Of a DNA stretch of 42,800 nucleotides, positions 6,846 to 13,130 are shown piece by piece. The position numbers and the translations under genes are program-made. The notes under the pieces are model-generated. The model was not told the origin of the DNA and did no database searches. It was given only the letters and a program-made list of their open reading frames with translations. The DNA comes from a virus. How positions within the stretch are numbered: the first letter of the stretch is position 1; each line of letters opens with the position of its first letter. The stretch spans positions 1 through 42,800 of the IMG/VR virus record IMGVR_UViG_3300045988_042917, one strand, 5' to 3'.

Positions 6846-6886
6846 TATCTTATTAAGATAGTAGCGCATTTGCATAGAAATTGCAA
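6846..6886 (-). promoter_or_regulatory. Promoter (TTGCAA-N17-TACTAT, minus strand) with an overlapping 15-bp palindrome TATCTTATTAAGATA
   Basis: TTGCAA lies at 6881-6886 and the -10 at plus 6858-6863. The palindrome at 6846-6860 reuses the ATCTTA/TAAGAT hexamers of the switch operator, and TAAGATAGT is shared with 5734-5742. Confidence 0.45.
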
Positions 6887-6948
6887 GTGTTTTTATTTCG
6901 CGGAGTGATTTTTAATGACTAATCTTAACTCAAATGCTCAACTTGACC

Positions 6949-7104
6949 CTATGACCCCGGCAGTCTGCGGCCGTCGTCAAACAGCCTCAGAAGCTCCTGT
7001 ATGCGCTCGTCGCTTGCCTCGGTTATTATTATAATGGTTTTGTTTCTCGCAAGCCACTTAGCCCTTAGGGGTTCGGGCGTAGTTTTTTTCGTGTTGTTTC
7101 TCAT
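6949..7104 (-). CDS. Hypothetical small basic protein (51 aa)
   Basis: I chose the internal ATG at 7104 because it is preceded by AAGAGGTG. The product is MRNNTKKTTPEPLRAKWLARNKTIIIITEASDERIQELLRLFDDG. No family was recognised. Confidence 0.35.
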   Translation of the reverse strand: MRNNTKKTTPEPLRAKWLARNKTIIIITEASDERIQELLRLFDDGRRLPGS

Positions 7105-7233
7105 TGCTGCACCTCTTAAATTTAATCCATCCTGCCGCTGCGCCAACAGGGCAGGACATTTTTTCACACAGCGTTTGTAAAATATTGCTTGCTGTACTTA
7201 TAGCGTAGCGCCTATCTTGACAAATGTCTATAC

Positions 7234-7346
7234 AGAAACAACCGAAACCTAAAAGAAACAACCGAAATCGATTTCGGGAATTACCCGAAATTTTCGTGTT
7301 TTCGCCGAATTCATCGTGTATTTCAATAATTTCTCGTGTATTTCAA
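7234..7346 (+). promoter_or_regulatory. Cluster of direct repeats and a palindrome upstream of the membrane-anchored HTH gene
   Basis: AGAAACAACCGAAA occurs at 7234-7247 and 7254-7267. CCGAAATCGATTTCGG at 7262-7277 is a perfect 16-bp palindrome. TCGTGTATTTCAA occurs at 7314-7326 and 7334-7346. Both direct repeat pairs have 20-bp phasing. Confidence 0.5.
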
Positions 7347-7364
7347 AAAATTTTAATAGGGGAG

Positions 7365-7943
7365 ATGCGTAACGTGTCAAAAATGGAGGACATGCAATCT
7401 TACTTTGACGAGTACCCTGAGGCACTGCGAAAAGCGAGAGCTTCAAGCAGTCTTACGCTGGCAGAGCTGGCAAGGATAAGCGGCGTTCCTTATAACAGCA
7501 TTTGCTCCGTCAACTCCGGCGCTACGAAGCAGCCGCTGCTTTATTACTCTGCGGCAACCTGTAAAGCCCTCGGCTTATCCTTGGACGAGCTGTTCGGTAT
7601 AACAAACACAGAGGGCAGCGTTACCCAGCTAAAGCGAATAAACGCATTGGAAGTGAAAGCGGCGTGTCTGGAAAACGACGTTGAGCACCACAGGCGCATG
7701 AACGCTGTTTACAGGCCGCTGATCTTCTGCCTTGTCGGTGTATGCACAATTCTGCTGTGCGCAACCATCGGATATGTAATATTTGATATACAGATTAAAA
7801 GTATCGGTCTGTTCCACTCCGGCGGCTTAACGGTACTGGCCGTGTTCCTGGCTATCGTGGTGCTTGCTGCCGTCGCCCTGATAGCCTTTGCAGTAAAAAC
7901 CGTAATCCACGATGCCAAAACAGCAAAAAGCCCACAGGACTGA
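7365..7943 (+). CDS. Membrane-anchored XRE-family HTH protein (N-terminal HTH, two C-terminal TM helices)
   Basis: LTLAELARISGVPYNSICSVNSGATKQP...LGLSLDELFG is an HTH. The C-terminus has PLIFCLVGVCTILLCATIGYVIF and LTVLAVFLAIVVLAAVALIAFAV. The start is uncertain (ATG 7365, GTG 7374 or ATG 7383). The upstream part of the 239-aa track ORF covers the repeat cluster and is probably non-coding. Confidence 0.7.
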   Translation: MRNVSKMEDMQSYFDEYPEALRKARASSSLTLAELARISGVPYNSICSVNSGATKQPLLYYSAATCKALGLSLDELFGITNTEGSVTQLKRINALEVKAACLENDVEHHRRMNAVYRPLIFCLVGVCTILLCATIGYVIFDIQIKSIGLFHSGGLTVLAVFLAIVVLAAVALIAFAVKTVIHDAKTAKSPQD

Positions 7944-8007
7944 CTCTGTGGGCATTATTCGCTATAAAATTATTTTCGGCGAATATCTAAGGGGGTTAAA
8001 GCGAATA

Positions 8008-9123
8008 ATGAAATGCAAAAAATGCAAAGCCGATATACCGGATGAACTTCATCCCGTATACTGCTGCTACTGCGGCGAGAAGCTTCAGCGCGAACGCAAA
8101 AAGAAGGACGAAATAAGAATACCCACGCCGCGTAAGCGTGGGCAGAAGTGGTATGTTGATCTTCGCCGTGAGGGCGTGACGGTCATTGAGGACACCGAAG
8201 CCGAAGCCAAGGCCAAGGCGATTGCTATAAGAGCCGGGTTTGTTAAGACCCAAAAGAAAACGGACTTGACACTTGCCGAAGCGATAGATAATTATATTGA
8301 AAATCGCCGGAACGTCTTGTCACCGTCAACCCTTGCCGGTTACGGCTCCGTGAAAAAGAACCGCTTTAAGGCCGTAATGGCAAAACCGCTTTCTGATATA
8401 AAGGACTGGCAAGCAGTAATTAACGCAGAAGCGCTTGTGTGCGCTCCTAAGACGCTTAAAAACGCATGGGGGCTTGTGTCACCGGCCATAAAATCCGCCG
8501 GTGTGGAGCTGTCCAGGCTCACCCTACCGCAAATCGTGCCTAAAGACCCAGTTTTTCTTACGCCGGAGCAGATACATGTCTTTATCGCAGCTGTCAAGGG
8601 AACGCCTGTTGAGATAGCTGCACTACTCGGCTTGCATTCGCTCAGGCGCTCCGAGATCGCCGCGCTTGATTGGTCAAATGTCGATTTGGAAAAGCGCACT
8701 ATAAAAGTATCCGGCGCAGTAGTCCCGGGAGAAAATTGGACACTTGTTGAAAAGCCGTCAAACAAAAACGCCACATCGACCCGAACAATACCTATTATGA
8801 TACCGGAGCTTTATGAGGCTTTGACGGCTGTTAAAAGTAAGCACGGTAAGGTCATAACATGCTACATTTCCACAGTGTATGATTGGGTCAATGATATTTG
8901 CGCTGCTAACGGTTTGCCGAAGCTTGGAGTTCACGGCTTGCGTCATTCTTTCGCTTCATTAGCCTACCATGTTCGTATGAGCGAACAGGCTGCAATGCAA
9001 ATAGGCGGCTGGTCAGACTATGCGACGATGCGCAAAATTTACACGCATTTGTCTGCGCAGGACATAGGCCACGCAGAGAATGCAATGCGCGATTTTTACG
9101 ACAATTTACCCAAGCAAAAATGA
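8008..9123 (+). CDS. int: Tyrosine recombinase / phage integrase with an N-terminal zinc ribbon
   Basis: The N-terminus is MKCKKCKADIP...YCCYCGEKL. Catalytic signatures are LHSLRRSEIAAL, HGLRHSFASL and GGWSDYATMRKIYTHL. The ATG at 8008 lies 12 nt after AAGGGGG. Confidence 0.9.
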   Translation: MKCKKCKADIPDELHPVYCCYCGEKLQRERKKKDEIRIPTPRKRGQKWYVDLRREGVTVIEDTEAEAKAKAIAIRAGFVKTQKKTDLTLAEAIDNYIENRRNVLSPSTLAGYGSVKKNRFKAVMAKPLSDIKDWQAVINAEALVCAPKTLKNAWGLVSPAIKSAGVELSRLTLPQIVPKDPVFLTPEQIHVFIAAVKGTPVEIAALLGLHSLRRSEIAALDWSNVDLEKRTIKVSGAVVPGENWTLVEKPSNKNATSTRTIPIMIPELYEALTAVKSKHGKVITCYISTVYDWVNDICAANGLPKLGVHGLRHSFASLAYHVRMSEQAAMQIGGWSDYATMRKIYTHLSAQDIGHAENAMRDFYDNLPKQK

Positions 9124-9195
9124 TAGTTTACGTCAAAACTTACGACAGCACCGTAAAAGTACAGCATTATCAATGCTTTTTCGCTCCACCGCAAA

Positions 9196-9220
9196 GGTTC
9201 GAATCCCTTACGGCGTGCCA
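9196..9220 (+). other. 3' fragment of a tRNA gene (T-loop, T-stem 3' strand, acceptor 3' strand, G discriminator, CCA). Probable attP core identity segment.
   Basis: The sequence is GGTTCGAATCCCTTACGGCGTGCCA. No matching 5' acceptor strand (ACGCCGT) lies upstream, so it is not a complete tRNA. Confidence 0.6.
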
Positions 9221-9227
9221 AAAAGAG

Positions 9228-9268
9228 AAAACCCCGAAGTCGTTGAAACTTCGGGGTTTTCTTTATTT
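9228..9268 (+). terminator. Rho-independent terminator after int. It is possibly bidirectional because of A-rich sequence (AAAAAGAGAAAA) on the upstream side.
   Basis: The hairpin AAAACCCCGAAGT-cgttgaa-ACTTCGGGGTTTT is followed by CTTTATTT. Confidence 0.8.
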
Positions 9269-9383
9269 ATCAATGGTTTGCGGAGATTTTGCGTCATATA
9301 CTTTTCAACGTAATCATACAAAAATCGACGTATACACACACGTTTTAACTCGCAATTTTACGTCAAAATTTACGACAACTTTG

Positions 9384-9770
9384 TTATGCGTTCTTGAGGA
9401 TGCTTATTGCTTTCTTTATCGCCATGTGCTCGCTCTCGCCGCCTGCGGTTTTGAGCATATCCTCAAGCTTTGCTATAGCGTGCTCGTTTTCGTCGGCGCG
9501 GCTGTAATGTCTGCGGCTATAGTCATCATCCCGGCTATAGCGCCCCATGCTGTCGCGCTTGTAGCTGTTGCCTCTCATAAAGCCCTCTGCATCCCATTCG
9601 CTTCTGCGGTTGTAGCCCTCGCCCATGCAGATCTTGTCGATGTTCTTGATGCTGTGCACAAGCTTGTCGATAATGTCAAGTGCGCCAACGTTTAATTCGC
9701 CCTGCTCCGCAATGCTGTCAAGTTCCTCGCAAAGCATGTCGCGCAGTCTTTCAAGTGTTCTCATACTCAT
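9384..9770 (-). CDS. Hypothetical protein with helical ends and an R/D/S/Y-rich centre. Last gene of the post-lysis island.
   Basis: The 128-aa product is MSMRTLERLRDML...SYKRDSMGRYSRDDDYSRRHYSRADENEHAIAKLEDMLKTAGGESEHMAIKKAISILKNA. No function is recalled for it. Confidence 0.6.
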   Translation of the reverse strand: MSMRTLERLRDMLCEELDSIAEQGELNVGALDIIDKLVHSIKNIDKICMGEGYNRRSEWDAEGFMRGNSYKRDSMGRYSRDDDYSRRHYSRADENEHAIAKLEDMLKTAGGESEHMAIKKAISILKNA

Positions 9771-9783
9771 GTTATTGCTCCCT

Positions 9784-10206
9784 TCACGCTATTCTGTCAA
9801 CTATAAGATTTGCATTTGCAAAGTTGATTGCCTGATCGCTCGTGTTCTCTGCTGCTACAGTTAGGCAGCAGTCGCGCGGTACGTTTACATTTGCGGCAAC
9901 GTAGATATTAAAATAATTCTCAACCGCAGCCGGTGTTATCGTTGCCGTCGCACTGGTGAGCGGTTCGCCGTTTATCGCTAAAGCAGCTGTGATAGCCTCT
10001 ACAGTGCCGCCGGTGGGTATGGCTATATTCGCGCCAAAGGCAACGCGATAACGCGCTCTGCACTGATTTGTGAGACCTCTGAGCGTGACAATGCCTGCGC
10101 CCTCGCGGTGCACTATGCTGCAATTACCGGCTACCGCAGTCTCGGTGAGAGGTACGTTCTGCCCGGCTGCAACGGTTACAATGCTCGAGTTCGTAAATTC
10201 AGCCAT
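9784..10206 (-). CDS. Putative C1q/TNF-like jelly-roll protein resembling the BclA/BxpB C-terminal domain, without a collagen-like region
   Basis: The ATG at 10206 is preceded by GGAAAGGAGAG. The overall pattern (...YRVAFGANIA...GG..A..LAINGEPL...NIYVAANVNV...AINFANANLIVDRIA) resembles exosporium TNF-like domains. The similarity was judged by eye only. Confidence 0.4.
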   Translation of the reverse strand: MAEFTNSSIVTVAAGQNVPLTETAVAGNCSIVHREGAGIVTLRGLTNQCRARYRVAFGANIAIPTGGTVEAITAALAINGEPLTSATATITPAAVENYFNIYVAANVNVPRDCCLTVAAENTSDQAINFANANLIVDRIA

Positions 10207-10414
10207 CGTTTTCGCTCTCCTTTCCGGCAATACCAAAAGGCATTGACAGCGACATGGTTTTTATCATGTTTTCAAAGTAATCGCCTTTTTCAGTTTCGTT
10301 GACAGTCTTGATGATATACGCAAACGTGTTAAGCTCGCTGACATCGAGCGTGTCAAGGTCTACGTCCATAAGATAGTCAATGAATTTTTCTTTGAGTTCT
10401 TTGCAAGTTGCCAT
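10199..10414 (-). CDS. Hypothetical acidic protein (71 aa)
   Basis: The ORF overlaps the next gene by 8 nt. No family was recognised. Confidence 0.5.
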   Translation of the reverse strand: MATCKELKEKFIDYLMDVDLDTLDVSELNTFAYIIKTVNETEKGDYFENMIKTMSLSMPFGIAGKESENDG

Positions 10415-10430
10415 ATAATCAGTCCTTTCA

Positions 10431-10463
10431 TAAAAAATGCGGTGAGGCTATACGCCCCACCGC
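10431..10463 (-). terminator. Rho-independent terminator or attenuator inside the island, minus strand
   Basis: On the minus strand GCGGTGGGGC-gtata-GCCTCACCGC (one mismatch) is followed by ATTTTTTAT. Confidence 0.6.
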
Positions 10464-10531
10464 TTATCGTTAGTATCGGTAAAGGCCGACCATTTTCGTA
10501 AAGTCACGAAAAAGCTAAACTATGTGATTTG

Positions 10532-11254
10532 TTATGCGCAGCTACCGCATGCCCCGTAGGGTGCAGACGAAGCCCAAGGGTTACAAGTGATGTAAGCCGG
10601 AGTCGGGCAAGGCCGCAGCTGAGACACGAGGTAATTATTCTGCGCAGCCTGCGAAGCTGCAAGCTTGAGGTTCTGGTTCTCGGTCTGCAAATCCTGCATC
10701 TTGCTGTTGACGAGGAAATCGAGAATTGCCTTGCTATTGCTGTTTGCGTTGTCGATAATGTCGCGTGTTGCGTTCTGCACAGTGTTGCGAGTATCGCAAG
10801 CCTGCGTTGCCATATCGTAACGCACCTGAGCAATTGCCGCGCGGTTCTCGCAGCAGCACTCCTGAGCCTGCATCTGCATTGCGTTCAGCTGCTGCATAAG
10901 TGCGGCCTGCTGATTGCAGCGTGACAACTCGGAAGAGTAGAAGCCGTTTGTAACCGCCTGAGTGACACCGGCGAAGCCGTTAAGCATTCCCGTGTTCATG
11001 GCGTAGAAGCCGTCACACAGACCGTTGTTAACGCCGTCAAGCTTTCGCTCGATGTTTGCAAAGTCGGAAGTTAGAACGTATCCGTCCATCACTCCACCAT
11101 TGTTACCGCCCCAGCCGTTGCCACCCCAGCCGAAAAGCACGATGAAAAAGAGGATTATCCACCATCCGTCACCGCCAAAACCGCCGAAGCCGCTGTTTGC
11201 TGAGGTTGGTGCAACCGGCATAGTCATTACCGGCGCATCAGAAGAAATCGCCAT
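10532..11254 (-). CDS. Unusual membrane protein: a Gly/Trp-rich N-terminus around one TM helix, a Q/N/A-rich helical region with a CCC motif, and a Cys/Pro-rich C-terminus
   Basis: The sequence is ...NSGFGGFGGDGWWIILFFIVLFGWGGNGWGGNNGG...QMQAQECCCENRAAIAQ...LRPCPTPAYITCNPWASSAPYGACGSCA. The N-terminus resembles tiny YjcZ-type sporulation TM peptides, from memory. Confidence 0.65.
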   Translation of the reverse strand: MAISSDAPVMTMPVAPTSANSGFGGFGGDGWWIILFFIVLFGWGGNGWGGNNGGVMDGYVLTSDFANIERKLDGVNNGLCDGFYAMNTGMLNGFAGVTQAVTNGFYSSELSRCNQQAALMQQLNAMQMQAQECCCENRAAIAQVRYDMATQACDTRNTVQNATRDIIDNANSNSKAILDFLVNSKMQDLQTENQNLKLAASQAAQNNYLVSQLRPCPTPAYITCNPWASSAPYGACGSCA

Positions 11255-11309
11255 TGTTTAGTTTTCCTTTCGATATGTATTTACAAATACCCGGCCGGAT
11301 AAAATGTAC

Positions 11310-11516
11310 CTACTTCATAAGTGCCTGGAACTGCTGTGCAAAGCTCTGCGCCTGATTAAGCTGCTGCTGCGTTATCTTTCCGCTTTGCAGCATTTTTTGC
11401 ACTTCCTGTTGTGGGTCTCCCTGAAATGTGCTTTTAAACTGCTGAAAGCGCTGCACAAGCTGCTGAAACTGCGGATTACCTCCGCCGCCGAGAGCCTGAA
11501 ACAAAGGATTACTCAT
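11310..11516 (-). CDS. Small Gln-rich protein (68 aa)
   Basis: The product is MSNPLFQALGGGGNPQFQQLVQRFQQFKSTFQGDPQQEVQKMLQSGKITQQQLNQAQSFAQQFQALMK. It overlaps the upstream gene by 8 nt. Confidence 0.55.
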   Translation of the reverse strand: MSNPLFQALGGGGNPQFQQLVQRFQQFKSTFQGDPQQEVQKMLQSGKITQQQLNQAQSFAQQFQALMK

Positions 11517-11877
11517 TGCTTACCTCCTTTGGCATAAGCGCCGCGACTTGCTTTACAAGCGCCTCATACTCCGCTCTGGTCACATAGTCCGCAGTTGGCT
11601 GAGCCGGTGCGTTCTGTGCTCGTTCCGTGTAGTCGAGAATGCGCATAGTCGGCATGCCTGCTGCGTCAACGGATTTAAGATAGATCGTTTGCCGTTCGCT
11701 ATCCCAAAGCGGAACAGTGTTCCCGGCAGCTACTAAATACGCTTTGCCGGCTGCCTCGCCTTGCACCCAGATCATCCCGTTGTTTTGCGGCTGCTGAGTG
11801 CGCATCTGCGCGAGGTTGTCCATAAGCGGAGGTTGATAATATGGTTGCCCATACATGTTGCCGTAACCGTAAGCCAT
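11509..11877 (-). CDS. Hypothetical protein with a Y/G/Q/P-rich N-terminus and a conserved-looking IWVQGEAAGKAY core
   Basis: The product is MAYGYGNMYGQPYYQPPLMDNLAQMRTQQPQNNGMIWVQGEAAGKAYLVAAGNTVPLWDSERQTIYLKSVDAAGMP.... Function is unknown. Confidence 0.6.
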   Translation of the reverse strand: MAYGYGNMYGQPYYQPPLMDNLAQMRTQQPQNNGMIWVQGEAAGKAYLVAAGNTVPLWDSERQTIYLKSVDAAGMPTMRILDYTERAQNAPAQPTADYVTRAEYEALVKQVAALMPKEVSNE

Positions 11878-11879
11878 GA

Positions 11880-12257
11880 TTAATCCTCTCTTTCAAAGTA
11901 ATAAACCGGCACTTCCTCGCCGCTGTCCCATGTGTCATAGTAATCGCCGTTCACGACGGTCACGACGTGCCCGGACAGAGCAAGGACATAAACGCCGTGC
12001 GGATGCTCATTGGCGAAGGCGGCTACTGTGTAGCACTCCGGGCAAGCATCCGGCAGCATGCGCTGTCTAAAGCCGCTGGCTTTGAGGTAACTCCCCCAGA
12101 CGCTGTTTCCCGATGGCATGTCGTGCGCTCTCAGGCCTTCAACGCACAAAGCGAGATAGGTCTTTTCCCATTCCGTTCCCATTGCTTTTGCAATTGCTCT
12201 CACTGCGCAGTCGCCGACGCGCTTAGCGCCCGGATTAGGATTAAAAAACACGAACAT
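11880..12257 (-). CDS. Putative papain-like (Cys-His-Asp) fold protein. First gene of the post-lysis island.
   Basis: A candidate catalytic triad can be read from NPNPGAKRVGDCAVRAIAKAMG...VWGSYL...HPHGVYVLALSGHVVTVVNGDYYDTWDSG. The assignment is tentative. Confidence 0.45.
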   Translation of the reverse strand: MFVFFNPNPGAKRVGDCAVRAIAKAMGTEWEKTYLALCVEGLRAHDMPSGNSVWGSYLKASGFRQRMLPDACPECYTVAAFANEHPHGVYVLALSGHVVTVVNGDYYDTWDSGEEVPVYYFERED

Positions 12258-12344
12258 TTCGCCGCCTCCTTGTACTTAAAAGCTTAAAGCCTTTTTGGAT
12301 TCCAAGGGGGTACTCAATGTTCGTGTTATGGGGAAAATGCGCGT

Positions 12345-12370
12345 AAAAAAAGGGGAGGTTTTGCCTCCCC
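12345..12370 (-). terminator. Strong rho-independent terminator ending the late/lysis transcript
   Basis: On the minus strand GGGGAGG-caaaa-CCTCCCC is followed by TTTTTTT, immediately after the stop codon at 12371. Confidence 0.8.
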
Positions 12371-12619
12371 TCAGCTTTTGAAAAGCCGCTCGTAATTGTG
12401 TTCGATTTTTGCTCTTGCCGTAGAAAGGCGTTTCGAGACGGTTTTTCGGTCAAGCCCTATTTCTTCTGCAATGTCTATCTGCGGTATCTGCTGTATGAAA
12501 TACAGATCAGCAATCCTGCTGCCCTCGCGTCCGAGATTTGCGCTGTATATTAGCTTTTCCCACTGTTCACGCGGCAGCAGCGCCATGTCCGGCGGCAGCC
12601 TCAAGCGAGCCTGTGTCAT
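12371..12619 (-). CDS. Sigma-70 region-4-like / ArpU-type small HTH transcription regulator, translationally coupled to the holin gene
   Basis: ADLYFIQQIPQIDIAEEIGLDRKTVSKRLSTARAKIE has the region-4 HTH pattern. Its start overlaps the holin stop (ATGA). Confidence 0.6.
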   Translation of the reverse strand: MTQARLRLPPDMALLPREQWEKLIYSANLGREGSRIADLYFIQQIPQIDIAEEIGLDRKTVSKRLSTARAKIEHNYERLFKS

Positions 12620-12879
12620 TTATCACGCTTCGGCTTATCGTACTCCATAGCCTGCCTGCTGTCGCTTACTCCGGCGGTCGTCGGATCTGTGACTACGCCG
12701 AGAATGGTAAGCACCGCGAACAGCGCGTTTACAACGGCCAGCAGCTTGTCTCCCAGCGCGTCAAGCTTGAGATCGATGCCGAACACCGCCGCCACTACCT
12801 GAACAAGCAGCAGCACCGCCGGAACGAGCGCGAGCCAAAAGGTTTTGTTTTTAAGTCTTACAGTCCAGTTGATTTTCAT
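12616..12879 (-). CDS. Holin of the phi-LC3 / Phage_holin_1 type
   Basis: MKINWTVRLKNKTFWLALVPAVLLLVQVVAAVFGI...LTILGVVTDPTTAGVSDS is the characteristic LC3-family sequence pattern. Confidence 0.85.
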   Translation of the reverse strand: MKINWTVRLKNKTFWLALVPAVLLLVQVVAAVFGIDLKLDALGDKLLAVVNALFAVLTILGVVTDPTTAGVSDSRQAMEYDKPKRDK

Positions 12880-12893
12880 AAATGTGCCTCCTG

Positions 12894-13127
12894 TTAATGA
12901 TGATGATTTTTCATGTCGTCCTCAAGGTCTGCTATCCGGTGATTTGCCACCTTGAGCTGTTCCTCTACTACAGGCATACGCTTTGCAAAGTTGTTATGCT
13001 CCCTGACCTCTCGTGTCAGCTCGTTCACCTTTGTTTCCATTACCGCCTGTGATTTGCTGTTGCTGATAAGTACGCCGACAAGCGTTAAAACACCCGTTAT
13101 GATAGCGACTATTATGCTCTCTGCCAT
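12894..13127 (-). CDS. Lysis-cassette membrane protein with an N-terminal TM helix and a coiled coil
   Basis: MAESIIVAIITGVLTLVGVLISN is followed by a heptad-rich segment, and the gene lies between the endolysin and holin genes. The topology is opposite to XhlA, so it is not assigned to that family. Confidence 0.6.
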   Translation of the reverse strand: MAESIIVAIITGVLTLVGVLISNSKSQAVMETKVNELTREVREHNNFAKRMPVVEEQLKVANHRIADLEDDMKNHHH

Positions 13128-13130
13128 ACT

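Larger units (their letters stand above)
9126..9377 (+). other. attP region: a tRNA 3'-end-like core flanked by 21-bp direct repeats (TTTACGTCAAAAYTTACGACA) that are candidate arm-type integrase sites
   Basis: The direct repeats at 9127-9147 and 9357-9377 have one mismatch. The core lies at 9196-9220, immediately downstream of int. Confidence 0.6.

Noticed and set aside
9181-9220. A complete tRNA gene downstream of the integrase.
   Set aside because: Only the T-loop to CCA portion is present. The 5' T-stem strand has a mismatch and no 5' acceptor strand, D-arm or anticodon arm can be found upstream. I interpret it as the attP core copy of a host tRNA 3' end.
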